Sequence record: PQ309151.1
Strand: one strand, 5' to 3'
DNA: 64,000 nucleotides
The notes beneath the pieces were generated by a model that worked only from the letters and a program-made list of their open reading frames with translations, was not told where the DNA came from and searched no databases. Of this stretch, positions 1 to 9,740 are shown piece by piece (position 1 is the stretch's first letter; the number at the start of each line of letters is the position of its first letter). A program made the position numbers and the translations under genes.

Positions 1-1
1 G

Positions 2-1678
2 TTCGCTGATCGCTTCCGTCCGATCTACCTGCAACATAGGGCATTGATCTTGACGTCGAAGTCGCCTAAACCTCTGGAAGACGTTGACTCGAACAAGCCT
101 GATTTCAAGCAGCAGTATCTTGATCAGTGTTTGTTCCCGGGTGGTTATTACAACGTCACGACCAATCCGTTCAAGGGTAAGGACTATCTGCCTACCGCGC
201 AGTATTCAGTGGAACAGCAGATCAAGGCCGCCAAGGACGAAGTCTCCAAGGAAGGTTCCAAGAAACCTGACGACAACAAAGCTGACGCTGCAAAGCCAGC
301 TGGCGGTGTCGCAGCCGCCGCTCTCGCTAAAAACGAAGCGGACAAGAAAGCTCACGAAGCAGATCAAAAGAAGAACGATACGACTCTGACTCCTGCCCAG
401 AAAGATCCGCGGCACGATTCGGATAAGGTCATGGCGCAAAATCGCCTGGCTGCTGCAACCGTTGGTGCTAACGAGGGCCCCGGAGGCCCCGGCCGTCAAC
501 CTGGTGATCCTGTCACCGGACCTTCTGGTCCTGATGGTTCTGCTAAACCGGCGAAGTCCAAACCTGGCGTTAAGCCGATGAGCGGTGCTGCAGCACTGGT
601 GAAAGAAACGCTTCTGAAAGACATGCCGAAGTACGGGATTACTTCCCCGAACCAGCAAGCTGCCCTCCTGGGCAATATCGAACATGAATCCGGGTTCCAA
701 CCGATCTCGGAGAACTTGAATTACAAACCCTCGCAACTGGCAAAGCTGTGGCCGAACCGGTTCCCCACGGAACAAGACGCTCAACAAACAGCTTCGCAAG
801 GACCTCAAGGCATTGCCAATAAGGTCTACGGTGGGCGAATGGGTAACACGGATGCCAACGATGGTTGGGATTATCGTGGCCGTGGTCCTATCCAGATTAC
901 CGGAAAGAGTAACTACGCTGCGATTTCGAAGGCGATTGGAACTGATATCGTCAACGATCCGGACAAACTGATCACTGATCCGAAGGTCTCCGCTGATTCT
1001 GCGCTGGCATTCTGGAAGATGAATCCTGCATTGGGCAAGAACGCTGATGCTGGTAACTTCCAGAAAGTTCGACAGATCATCAACGGCGGCAACATCGGAG
1101 CAGAAGACGCGAACGCTCGCGTCATGAGTTATCTTGACAAGATCAAGAACGGCGAACTGAATACTGGTTCGTCCAGTGGAGCAGGTGGCACGGTCACGCC
1201 GACAGGCATGGTCGATTCGCCGAAACCTTCCACAGCCAATGTTGTTGATAATCCGAATTCGGGTCCTACCCCTTCGGCTTATCAGCAGGCGTCCAAGGCA
1301 CAGCCGACTGCGACGACTCCGTCTCAGCTGGTGAGTTCCCCGCGTCCGTCGTATGACCCGAGCTCTGGTGGTGGTGCAGCCATGGCTTCGAGCTCAGCGC
1401 CTTCGCAAAACGCCTACGTACAACGCAATACCCAACTGAACGCTGGCGACTCCCTTGACATCATGAAGCAAGGTCTCAAGGAATCGCAAACTCAGACTGG
1501 ACTTCTCTCGCGTATCGCAGATGGTATCGACAAACTCAATGCCCGGTTCGATAAGAATATGGGTGGTGGGGATGCTGCTCCCGCTTCTGGTGGTGATGAG
1601 AAGAGCAACTACGGCAAGCCTGCCGCTCCGATGACGGCGCCGTCTATCGGATTCCGACGACAGCTCGCTAACGTGTAA
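2..1678 (+). CDS. C-terminal part of a large tail-associated peptidoglycan hydrolase protein with a GH19 (chitinase/lysozyme-like) domain; positional analogue of phiKZ gp181; 5'-truncated
   Basis: The frame is open back to base 2. GH19 motifs HESGF..ENLNY, YGGRMGN, YRGRGPIQITGKSNY and INGG lie within low-complexity Ala/Pro/Ser-rich flanks. Confidence 0.8.
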   Translation, partial: FADRFRPIYLQHRALILTSKSPKPLEDVDSNKPDFKQQYLDQCLFPGGYYNVTTNPFKGKDYLPTAQYSVEQQIKAAKDEVSKEGSKKPDDNKADAAKPAGGVAAAALAKNEADKKAHEADQKKNDTTLTPAQKDPRHDSDKVMAQNRLAAATVGANEGPGGPGRQPGDPVTGPSGPDGSAKPAKSKPGVKPMSGAAALVKETLLKDMPKYGITSPNQQAALLGNIEHESGFQPISENLNYKPSQLAKLWPNRFPTEQDAQQTASQGPQGIANKVYGGRMGNTDANDGWDYRGRGPIQITGKSNYAAISKAIGTDIVNDPDKLITDPKVSADSALAFWKMNPALGKNADAGNFQKVRQIINGGNIGAEDANARVMSYLDKIKNGELNTGSSSGAGGTVTPTGMVDSPKPSTANVVDNPNSGPTPSAYQQASKAQPTATTPSQLVSSPRPSYDPSSGGGAAMASSSAPSQNAYVQRNTQLNAGDSLDIMKQGLKESQTQTGLLSRIADGIDKLNARFDKNMGGGDAAPASGGDEKSNYGKPAAPMTAPSIGFRRQLANV

Positions 1679-1684
1679 CGAAAG

Positions 1685-1718
1685 AATACCTAGGAGGCCG
1701 ACGGGCCTCCTAGGTATT
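1685..1718 (+). terminator. Intergenic hairpin / intrinsic terminator
   Basis: 15-bp perfect stem AATACCTAGGAGGCC / GGCCTCCTAGGTATT with a GACG loop, just after the stop at 1678. Confidence 0.75.
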
Positions 1719-1754
1719 TATTATGATTCGATATAATTTCCAACAGGAGTTGCG

Positions 1755-3650
1755 ATGGGTGTAACCTCACGCGACGTACAATGGTTGCGTAAATCCTTCC
1801 TGCTCGCCACTGACAATCTGGATGATCAGTCGCTTGAAGAGTTCGGGTATACCGACACCATTGCCCGTCCTTTCGACACAAGTCCAGGCGGCAACGAGGT
1901 AATCAACCCTCTGCCACAATTCACGCGGCATTGCGATATCAAAATCAAAACGCCGCTCATGAACACATTCGGTATTGGCCGCTGGTACGATGAAACGTAC
2001 GGCCAACACTCGCAGAAAATCTACTTGCGGTTTGGCGTGCCTGAGTTCACACCGATGTCGCAGTTCTTCACGGGATTCTACAGCTATGAGGCTTCCCTTC
2101 TGGCCCGCACTGGCCGTGCTTCCGCTGGCGTTGCTTACTACCTTGGTCGTGCTGTTGGTCTGGCTGTAACGATCTTCAACATCCCGTTGCTGCTGACTTC
2201 GGTGGCATTGGAAGCGTATCGCTTCTTCGCTCAAAAGCAAAGCTCGAAGTTTTACTACTTCAAGCCTGCGATGCATCTGTACTGGAACGCGGTCACCACG
2301 CTCGTGAACCACTACTGCGTGAACCGAGGCATCATTCCGCGGATGTTCACATCCGACAACAACCAGACGATGGCTGCAGAGAACACGTACACGGCTGATG
2401 ACCTGAAGCGCTTTGCTCAGGTGCTGGAAGTGTTCGATGAGAACGGTCAGGTTGACATGTATCGCTATGCTTCGTTTGCCCAACGTCGCAAGAAAGCGTT
2501 CATGGACAAACTGCAATCCATGCTCGATGTATCGAACCTGGATTTCTCAGCATTGCACAACAACTTCCGTGCTGCTTTGAATCAGCAAACACAGCCCGTA
2601 CAAGGCCGTGCATTCAAAGAGTACATGGATCTGTGGCTCAACAGTCCTGAAGGCAATGCGAACAGTTCTAGTGGCTCTGCTGACGGTTCTCAGGGCGAGT
2701 CTGTATCTGACACGCAGGTTAACACGATCGATAAGCCTGATCGCGATGGTCTGTGGAAACTTTTGCAGTCTGAGTGGAACGACGGTACGGCATTTGTCTG
2801 CTTCCGTGTGAACTCGACTGGCGAAGTATCCGAGTCCTTCTCAAGCTCTTCTGCCAAATCTGAAATCGAAGACAAGATCAACGGCTTGGCTTCCCAGGCA
2901 CGTAAAACCAGCTTCAATTTCTCTGGCGGTAACCTCACGGGCGCTCTGAGTGGTGCTCTGGGTGTGGTGGGTGACTTCGTAGGCGGTGTGGCTGATCAGT
3001 TCAACATCTCCGGCCTGGCAGTACTGGGCGGTGCAGCATTCGTGGATATTCCGGAACACTGGGAATCTTCGACCGCATCGCTTCCACAACAATCGTACAC
3101 GATTCAGTTGATTGCGCCTTATGGCAATGCACTCAGTCAGCTGTTCAACATGTACATCCCGCTCTTCATGATTCTGGCTGGCGCGCTCCCCCGCTCGACT
3201 GGTAAACAGTCATACACCGCGCCTCCCTTGGTACAGTTGTTCGACAAGGGCAAGCAACAGACGCGTCTGGGCATGATCGACTCGGTTTCGGTTCGTCGTG
3301 GCACGACCAACCTGGCATTCAACAAACACATGCAAGCGATGGGTATCGAGGTCACGTTCTCGATCAAGGATCTGTCCACCATCATGCACATGCCTATCTC
3401 GCAAGGCTTCTCGCTCTTGCCTGGTAAAGGTATCTTCGACGAAGACACCGTGTTCTCAGACTACATGGGCGTGTTGGCAGGTCTCGATGTTGATGACCAG
3501 GTCTACTCGTTCCGTAAGTTCGCTTTGAACTTGACGCGCTATGCCACGAACTGGCGCAGCTGGACGTCCTCGTCGCACATGGCGTCGTTCCTGGCTAACG
3601 GTACGCCGTTGCGTTTCGTCTCCATGTTCTACAAGGGTATTAACCCGTAA
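1755..3650 (+). CDS. Putative virion structural protein (tail/baseplate region)
   Basis: 631-aa ORF with an AGGAG RBS, directly after the tail hydrolase gene. No catalytic motif. Function inferred from context. Confidence 0.55.
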   Translation: MGVTSRDVQWLRKSFLLATDNLDDQSLEEFGYTDTIARPFDTSPGGNEVINPLPQFTRHCDIKIKTPLMNTFGIGRWYDETYGQHSQKIYLRFGVPEFTPMSQFFTGFYSYEASLLARTGRASAGVAYYLGRAVGLAVTIFNIPLLLTSVALEAYRFFAQKQSSKFYYFKPAMHLYWNAVTTLVNHYCVNRGIIPRMFTSDNNQTMAAENTYTADDLKRFAQVLEVFDENGQVDMYRYASFAQRRKKAFMDKLQSMLDVSNLDFSALHNNFRAALNQQTQPVQGRAFKEYMDLWLNSPEGNANSSSGSADGSQGESVSDTQVNTIDKPDRDGLWKLLQSEWNDGTAFVCFRVNSTGEVSESFSSSSAKSEIEDKINGLASQARKTSFNFSGGNLTGALSGALGVVGDFVGGVADQFNISGLAVLGGAAFVDIPEHWESSTASLPQQSYTIQLIAPYGNALSQLFNMYIPLFMILAGALPRSTGKQSYTAPPLVQLFDKGKQQTRLGMIDSVSVRRGTTNLAFNKHMQAMGIEVTFSIKDLSTIMHMPISQGFSLLPGKGIFDEDTVFSDYMGVLAGLDVDDQVYSFRKFALNLTRYATNWRSWTSSSHMASFLANGTPLRFVSMFYKGINP

Positions 3651-3658
3651 ACAAAAAG

Positions 3659-3692
3659 CATATACCACCTGGCTTGCGCCAGGTGGTATATG
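3659..3692. terminator. Bidirectional hairpin terminator between convergent genes
   Basis: 15-bp stem CATATACCACCTGGC / GCCAGGTGGTATATG with a TTGC loop and an A-tract on the left. Confidence 0.8.
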
Positions 3693-3698
3693 TTCGCT

Positions 3699-4907
3699 TT
3701 ATTGAGAAGGATGACCTTCTTCTGCTGCTGCAACCATGCTATCAAACCAATCCGGACCACTGCCGCTGGGCTTGTAGTTCGCCGAATCAGCGGTTTGTAT
3801 ACGCGGATCGACATCACGCACCACCTGGTTCGAACCAGTCGAAACCGTTTGGGGGAAACGCTTCGTGAGCTCGGCATTCACGCTCAGAGGTTTGTCGAAC
3901 ACCTGCAGAGCAGCGTACGTCTTATCGACTGCAGCAGTAGCAGTCATAGCACCAGTCGTGAAAATGTTCTTCACTTGAACCGATGCACCCAACAAGGAAG
4001 TCAGGTCACGGAAGGTCGAGCTCGAACCCTGAGGCTGGAACGACGACGTATTCCAGTTCGGATCGACTTTCTGATACGCTCCCTGATATTGAACGAACTG
4101 ACCGTTCGAACCAGAAATGTCGGTGGGGGTGTAAGCCGTCTTGTCGTTCTTGGCCAGCTGCGATACAGCAGAAGGCTGAAGCATTCCGACTGCACCGTTG
4201 CCGATATACTCGGTCATCGCGGCGACAGAAGCCAGATCTCCACGAGCCAAAGCACCAGGCAAAGAGCCAGTTGCGACCGTGTAAAGCATCGAACTCTTGT
4301 TGACGATCGATGTTGAGGACTGGATGGTGTCAGCAATGACTCCAAAAGCCCCTGAGATGCCCGCTGCGCCTGCCTCACCGACCAGAGAGGTGAAGACACC
4401 ACCCAAAGCGCCATGGGCGTCTAGAGCGATTCCAACCTTCCCAGCCACTGCGTTGATTGTGTTCGCAATGCCGCGGATGTCGGAAAGGTTACCAGTCTGG
4501 ACTGCCCGAACGATACCGTTTACGGTTGTATAGACACGGCTGGCTTCTTTGATCAACCCCGTGACAGAGTTGACTTCGCTCTTAACGGCAGCAATAGCTG
4601 ACTGACTGCCAGAGACGACATCGCTGATGAGCGACTTGGCTTTCGAATATTCATCCGAAAAAGCCGAAGAGATTTTGTCTGTGAGGGATTCCGGGTTCAG
4701 ACCCAGAACACCATCGGTCGCTGTCTTAAGCAGATTACCAGAAGTGAATTTGCTCAAGAACCCGAACTTGTCGGACAGATCGAAACCTGTGAGATTCAGA
4801 TCCTGAAAACTGTTAACGACATCGTTGGTTGTCTTTTTGTAGACATCCTCGACAACGGTTTTCTCGTCCGGTGTCCGGCTTAGAATACTGGAAGCTAAGG
4901 TCGGCAT
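3699..4907 (-). CDS. Putative virion structural protein
   Basis: 402-aa Ala/Ser/Gly/Thr-rich ORF convergent on the hairpin. No enzymatic motif. Confidence 0.5.
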   Translation of the reverse strand: MPTLASSILSRTPDEKTVVEDVYKKTTNDVVNSFQDLNLTGFDLSDKFGFLSKFTSGNLLKTATDGVLGLNPESLTDKISSAFSDEYSKAKSLISDVVSGSQSAIAAVKSEVNSVTGLIKEASRVYTTVNGIVRAVQTGNLSDIRGIANTINAVAGKVGIALDAHGALGGVFTSLVGEAGAAGISGAFGVIADTIQSSTSIVNKSSMLYTVATGSLPGALARGDLASVAAMTEYIGNGAVGMLQPSAVSQLAKNDKTAYTPTDISGSNGQFVQYQGAYQKVDPNWNTSSFQPQGSSSTFRDLTSLLGASVQVKNIFTTGAMTATAAVDKTYAALQVFDKPLSVNAELTKRFPQTVSTGSNQVVRDVDPRIQTADSANYKPSGSGPDWFDSMVAAAEEGHPSQ

Positions 4908-4951
4908 TTTTTCACCAGAAAAAAATATAGGTCACAACATAAGCAGATTCC

Positions 4952-4979
4952 GACAGTGTAGCCCGAAGGCTACACTGTC
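4952..4979 (-). terminator. Hairpin terminator
   Basis: 12-bp stem GACAGTGTAGCC / GGCTACACTGTC with a C(UUCG)G loop on the minus strand, after the stop at 4993. Confidence 0.7.
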
Positions 4980-4992
4980 AGTATCCATACAA

Positions 4993-5520
4993 TTACTTGT
5001 CTTGAATCAACGTAAAGTTCATGTCCTTGAAGTTCACGAACTCATGAGATTTCTCTCCACGCAGAATCTTGCGCGCGTCATTCAGGATGCCAATGTACAG
5101 ACTGCTATGGCTCGGACGAATCGGAAGACGGTCCGCGCCTTGCAGGTAATAATGATCGAAAGGCAGATCGCTTTCGGCCATCATCTGTGCATAGTGGCTG
5201 TTAGTCTGGAGCTTGAGAATCGTTGCATCCAGGATCAGTTCACGAAACTTATCGCACGAGTACTTCGGCGACAGTCGCATGAAATTGATTGCTTGATGCG
5301 GCTCCATGTTACGAATTGCATCCTTAGTGCCACCGGTGTTCAGGTAGCAGAAAAGATTCTGCACAGTCCGGAAGTGACCGAGCAGAGGATGATGGATAGG
5401 CTCACCAACGTTGTAAGACAAAGCGAGAAGACGACCAAGCTTGGTCTTCGCTTTCATCTGCGTGTTGATGTGAGTGAAGCCATCCTCTTCGGGAATGGGG
5501 CGGACGTTGAGATCACTCAT
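4993..5520 (-). CDS. NADAR-like (ADP-ribosyl hydrolase fold) phage protein, probably degenerate
   Basis: The N-terminus DGFTHINTQMKAKTKLGRLL..HPLLGHFRTVQNLFCYL resembles phage NADAR-like proteins (DGxxHINxYSKxxTxLGRxLSNF..F.SVEG.W). Start set to the ATG at 5520 with a GGAG RBS. Confidence 0.45.
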   Translation of the reverse strand: MSDLNVRPIPEEDGFTHINTQMKAKTKLGRLLALSYNVGEPIHHPLLGHFRTVQNLFCYLNTGGTKDAIRNMEPHQAINFMRLSPKYSCDKFRELILDATILKLQTNSHYAQMMAESDLPFDHYYLQGADRLPIRPSHSSLYIGILNDARKILRGEKSHEFVNFKDMNFTLIQDK

Positions 5521-6082
5521 TGCTTTCTCCGGAGTTCTTCTTGTTTTTGTGACCAATCAGCTTACGCATCAAAGCCTTAAGAGGGCTTGTTTCCTTCTTA
5601 GCCTGAAGGAAATCGTTTACCTGCGCGATGAGTTCAGATTCCTCATCTTCCTCGCTCAATGAGAGCAGTACGTCAGGAGTGAGAGGATACCGAACCTTGC
5701 CGACAAGACGACGACCATCTTTCATCTTCCAGATAGCCAGCAATTCGATCTCTTCGACATTGGCAACGACAGCAGCCTTGACGAAGGTTGAGACCGACAT
5801 ACTTTCATCTTCAGAGAACACCTGGTTCGTGATATTGCCACGCGCACTGGTACGATGTGCAGGCGTTTGCGGGATCCCGTTTGCAGGATCGTTCACATAA
5901 CGCTTGAGTAATGCGTCCCAGGTCTCAAGCCGCGTAATGCCGAGACCTTTGAACAGAAACCGGTGAGTCAGATACCAAAGAACATTCTTCGGTCGTGATG
6001 GGAAATTGAATATCCCCTTAGCAGTCAGTTCCATCTGACTATTGACTCGTCGTGTGACGAGACTATCTTCTTTTCGTGCCAT
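5513..6082 (-). CDS. Hypothetical protein
   Basis: 189-aa ORF in the minus-strand operon, overlapping the next gene by 8 nt. Confidence 0.7.
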   Translation of the reverse strand: MARKEDSLVTRRVNSQMELTAKGIFNFPSRPKNVLWYLTHRFLFKGLGITRLETWDALLKRYVNDPANGIPQTPAHRTSARGNITNQVFSEDESMSVSTFVKAAVVANVEEIELLAIWKMKDGRRLVGKVRYPLTPDVLLSLSEEDEESELIAQVNDFLQAKKETSPLKALMRKLIGHKNKKNSGESNE

Positions 6083-6136
6083 TTGATAGGCTCCAAACAG
6101 TGATATGGTTTTCCATACCGGTTAAGATGACTTTGG

Positions 6137-6652
6137 TCATTCGCCAAAGTGTTCAAGTAAAGCATTCAGAAACTCCGTCAACGTCTGCGTGTATTTGTAC
6201 AGCTGACGATGATTATGTTCCATAGCGCCATGTAGTTCCAAGTCTGCGAACTTCATGTACTCGTAGTAGGCGTCGATCAACTCTACGGCTCGTTGAATCT
6301 TCACCGCTGTGTCGTTCACGTAGAAACCTTCGTGAACGAAGAGGAAGTCGTCAAATCTCGGATTCTTCAATTCCCTCACAGAGAAGAGTCCGCGCTCAAT
6401 GTGTGTCTTTTCTTTCAGATGGTCATTTACCTCCATAAGTGATGTGATGAAGTCCGGCAAGTTCTCAGAGAAACTTTCAATTCTTCCGAGAGAGGCCGGC
6501 GACTTGGCAAGGTGGAGTTCAGTAACCCCGATGCGACCCAATGCAATCTGGAGTTGCATGTAGATGCTCTCAGGATCAGCTTTCTTCTCCTCTACCACGA
6601 CGGGTTCAGGAGATTTCCTTTGCCGCCAATAGTCGAACAGTCGCTGTATCAT
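6137..6652 (-). CDS. Hypothetical protein
   Basis: Likely start is the ATG at 6652 (MIQRLFD) with a GAAGG RBS, downstream of a TATATTAC motif. Confidence 0.7.
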   Translation of the reverse strand: MIQRLFDYWRQRKSPEPVVVEEKKADPESIYMQLQIALGRIGVTELHLAKSPASLGRIESFSENLPDFITSLMEVNDHLKEKTHIERGLFSVRELKNPRFDDFLFVHEGFYVNDTAVKIQRAVELIDAYYEYMKFADLELHGAMEHNHRQLYKYTQTLTEFLNALLEHFGE

Positions 6653-6694
6653 GTGACCTTCATTCAATGGATTTTCCAGACATAGATCCAAATA

Positions 6695-6702
6695 GTAATA
6701 TA
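6695..6702 (-). promoter_or_regulatory. Putative phiKZ-type early promoter motif TATATTAC
   Basis: Exact TATATTAC on the minus strand in an AT-rich divergent intergenic region, about 43 nt upstream of the ATG at 6652. Confidence 0.5.
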
Positions 6703-6731
6703 TGTCTGAGCTGTTTTAAAGGAGAAACATC

Positions 6732-7169
6732 GTGTCGGCAATTACGCCCGAAAAAATCGAGGAGAGTTTCCAGGACCTCGACTACACTACTGGTGTCCGA
6801 AAGCAGATCGTGACTGCGTTGCTGCCGGATGCCCTCAGTAGCAAAGATCCTGAACTCGCCCGTACCGTTATGCAGGGCCTTGACGGTATCGATAAGGTTG
6901 CCCTTGGACGCCTCAAGCTGAACGAGAAGTCGAAGGAAAACGAAACCCGCGCCGACGAAGCCGCCGCAATGGCACAGTATCTGGTTACTTTGTCAGACCG
7001 TCGCCAACGGGAAGGAAAGCCTGATGTCAGCCACAATGAAACAGCAGGTCGTAAGCTTCCGGATGAACGCCGTCCGTCTTACGACCCGTCTGTTCGTGAC
7101 TCTGCAGCAGGTAGCGAGAACACGTCGGAATTCACTGAACGCGTTGAAGGACAGGGCGGAAAGCGTTAA
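6732..7169 (+). CDS. Hypothetical protein
   Basis: 145-aa ORF with a GTG start and a strong AAGGAG RBS. Confidence 0.7.
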   Translation: MSAITPEKIEESFQDLDYTTGVRKQIVTALLPDALSSKDPELARTVMQGLDGIDKVALGRLKLNEKSKENETRADEAAAMAQYLVTLSDRRQREGKPDVSHNETAGRKLPDERRPSYDPSVRDSAAGSENTSEFTERVEGQGGKR

Positions 7170-7963
7170 TTCGCTTGCTGCTTTTGTTCTTCCAGCTTCT
7201 TGTCGAGTTCCTCGATAGAGATGTGTTTCGACACATCGATGTCCTCGATTGACTTCAGCCGTTCGTCAGGATAGACGATCGAGAAGTGCTCTACGTTAAT
7301 GAACTTCAAGTGAATCCTGGGAGCCACTGCGGCTTCCAGGACCGCTAGGCTATTTATGCCGCGTTTCATTTGCTCGATGATTTCCTCATCCTGATCGGGA
7401 TCAGAGTTGAAGTAAACCATCGGAGCCACCAGCATCAGGAACGGTTTAGGATTCTTGATGAGGGCGTTCGAATGCGCGTTGAGGTAGTGATGGTAGTCAT
7501 ACATGACCATCATCACGTAATTCTCCTGGCAAGCCGAAGGCGTCATTTCCTTGATGTCCTTGCTAAAGACATTGACACCAATACGGCCACTGAACTGCAA
7601 ATAGATAATGCTGCGCAGCGCTGCCATCTCATCGGCCTGGAACGGATACGGCCAGACGTTCACGTCAAGCGTTGGCTTCTGATTATCAGGCAGTTCGTGA
7701 GCGATCGTTTCCTTCATCAGTTCGGCAATCTGGGGAGCCAGAAAGGCGACAATGTTGGTCATGACCGTTTCCTGCAACGTCTCGACTTCGTACTTGCCGT
7801 AGAGCTCGTCGTAGGCTTTCTTGTCGACGCCTTCGAAGAAGTCGCCTTTACGATTGTGGTAGCCGTTACGAACCAGTTGCAATGCTGCTTCCGGGTTCAA
7901 CCGCTTGACGACCCCATAGCGCGCATCCATGAGCGCGCCAATATCCAGATAGATGCCTTTCAT
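7166..7963 (-). CDS. Conserved hypothetical jumbo-phage protein
   Basis: 265-aa ORF with phage-core codon usage and an ATGA overlap with the upstream gene. The N-terminal IYLDIGALMDAR is weakly HAD-like. Confidence 0.65.
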   Translation of the reverse strand: MKGIYLDIGALMDARYGVVKRLNPEAALQLVRNGYHNRKGDFFEGVDKKAYDELYGKYEVETLQETVMTNIVAFLAPQIAELMKETIAHELPDNQKPTLDVNVWPYPFQADEMAALRSIIYLQFSGRIGVNVFSKDIKEMTPSACQENYVMMVMYDYHHYLNAHSNALIKNPKPFLMLVAPMVYFNSDPDQDEEIIEQMKRGINSLAVLEAAVAPRIHLKFINVEHFSIVYPDERLKSIEDIDVSKHISIEELDKKLEEQKQQAN

Positions 7964-8454
7964 TTCTTGTTCTCGATAGCGTCAGCCAAAATTGCAGGAT
8001 CAGCCCAGGTGAAGAGAACCGCAAACATCACGAGATAACGGTTGTTCTTCAGAATGCTGATGACGGCAGTAGGATCAGGAATACGATCGCGATATTCCTG
8101 TCCCGTGAACGACAACTTCGGATCCGGCGTTTCTTTCGTATTGAACGAATTGGCCAGATGAGCAATCAACGCCTGATAGTCTTCTTCAGGCAGGGTGAAA
8201 CGAGTACGGAACAACGCCGTCAAAGTGTAGACGAGGTTGATGTGAAGTGTGTCCTTGTAGATCTCGTCGTAGAGATTCTGCATCGAATCTTCCGTGAATA
8301 CGAGCCAGCCTTGCGTTTGCAAGAGAAGCGACGCGATGAACTGTGCTTCGTTGTATCGGTTTTCGCTCGATACGGCCAGGTTCATGAAGTAATGATGCAG
8401 TGCCTGGTTGATTGCGTTCTGCGCGTTTTCGGTAATTTCTGCAAGAGTTGCCAT
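7960..8454 (-). CDS. Hypothetical protein
   Basis: Likely start is the ATG at 8454 (MATLAEIT) with a GGAG RBS. Confidence 0.65.
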   Translation of the reverse strand: MATLAEITENAQNAINQALHHYFMNLAVSSENRYNEAQFIASLLLQTQGWLVFTEDSMQNLYDEIYKDTLHINLVYTLTALFRTRFTLPEEDYQALIAHLANSFNTKETPDPKLSFTGQEYRDRIPDPTAVISILKNNRYLVMFAVLFTWADPAILADAIENKK

Positions 8455-8480
8455 AAAGACTCCGAACAAAAGATACGACA

Positions 8481-8506
8481 GACAGACTGGGTTTCCCCAG
8501 TCTGTC
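8481..8506 (-). terminator. Hairpin after the RNAP beta fragment gene
   Basis: 11-bp stem GACAGACTGGG / CCCAGTCTGTC with a GAAA tetraloop on the minus strand. Confidence 0.6.
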
Positions 8507-8518
8507 ATACAAGATGGC

Positions 8519-9202
8519 TCACAGCGTGTTGTCGTAGTGCATGCCAAGAAGGATGTTACGAAGCGAACGGGTCGAACCGACCTCACCCGCATAGGGTTCG
8601 AGTGCTTTCATCGAGGCCCCGCCAGTCTTCATGATCGCCTGATTCATGAGACGATTGCCTTTCACGTCGCCCCCGCGCCAGTGCATGAATTCTTCAATGG
8701 TCTTTTGCAGACCGAAAGCTTTCAGCAGTGACAGTTCGGGGTAACTGATCTTGGATCCCTTGCTATCGCCAGTGACCTGACCAGTAAAGTCGTCGATCGA
8801 GTGGTTGTTTTCCGGAATGGAGATCTTCTCCACCAGCAGCTGCGCCTGACGTCGTACCGGGAAAGGCAGAATCAGATATGCATTCGGAGTCAGGAACCAG
8901 TCGCCTGATTCATCCTGATACCAAAGGTGCTGGAAGAATTGAACACCAAACTTCGGACCCAGAACGTTGATGTTGCGCATCACGTCCAGGGGATACTTGC
9001 CGCCCGGTGGATCGATATACACCAGAGCGCCTTCTTTGTTTCGCATACGCTCAATCCAGTTATGGAATTGAGCGTCATTCAGATACTTCGGGCTTTTCGG
9101 ATCGAAGAGTGCCTGGTACAGAGCAACGTTCGGATTGCCGGGGGCAATCGAATCGATGATGTCCAGACACACCTTCTCAGCCGCCTTGCGATTACGTGGC
9201 AT
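8519..9202 (-). CDS. Virion RNA polymerase beta subunit, C-terminal fragment (phiKZ gp149-like)
   Basis: RRQAQ..SIDDFTGQVTGDSKGSKISYPELSLLKAFGL aligns with the RpoB C-terminal segment ([32 protein letters not shown]). Split RNAP subunits are a hallmark of phiKZ-like phages. Confidence 0.8.
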   Translation of the reverse strand: MPRNRKAAEKVCLDIIDSIAPGNPNVALYQALFDPKSPKYLNDAQFHNWIERMRNKEGALVYIDPPGGKYPLDVMRNINVLGPKFGVQFFQHLWYQDESGDWFLTPNAYLILPFPVRRQAQLLVEKISIPENNHSIDDFTGQVTGDSKGSKISYPELSLLKAFGLQKTIEEFMHWRGGDVKGNRLMNQAIMKTGGASMKALEPYAGEVGSTRSLRNILLGMHYDNTL

Positions 9203-9740
9203 CGGGCTCGTCCTTGACGCGAATCATTCGCAACTTGAGTTTCTTGTCGTTGCACCGATCCACCATATCTTTGGTGCCGGGAGAATGACCGTCCCAGAAA
9301 CCCAATCCGTGGCTCGACACATTCGCCATATCCTGGTTACGCATGAAGCCAGCCAGGGCATTGTATTGCTTACCCTTGGCGTTAGTCTTGATACGTGCGC
9401 CAGGCACATCGATGTTGTCCCAATCAGCCGGGAACTCGCTCCAACGCCAGCCTTTCGCCTTAGCGAAGACGACGATGAGTTTGTCTGGTCCGTCATAGGC
9501 CATGCCTGAAACGAACACAGTGTTTTCGGGGGTAAGAGACCAGTCACGGATGAAGCCGTCCAAGCAGGCTTCGAACGTTTCCTGATCGTTAAATTTCCGA
9601 CTGCCAAAAACGACCACTACGTTTTTGAACTTTCGCAATTCGTCGCGTCGGATCGGACGAATCGGCTTGCCATCGCTCATGATTCTGCAATCCTGGTTAG
9701 ACCCCGAAAATTGATAGTTCTTCTCAATATATCGAGGCAT
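9192..9740 (-). CDS. SLOG-superfamily protein (YspA / DUF2493-like)
   Basis: Motifs VVFGSRKFND, VSGMAYDGPD, FPADW, AGFMRNQDM and FWDGHSPGTKDM. Confidence 0.8.
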   Translation of the reverse strand: MPRYIEKNYQFSGSNQDCRIMSDGKPIRPIRRDELRKFKNVVVVFGSRKFNDQETFEACLDGFIRDWSLTPENTVFVSGMAYDGPDKLIVVFAKAKGWRWSEFPADWDNIDVPGARIKTNAKGKQYNALAGFMRNQDMANVSSHGLGFWDGHSPGTKDMVDRCNDKKLKLRMIRVKDEPDAT

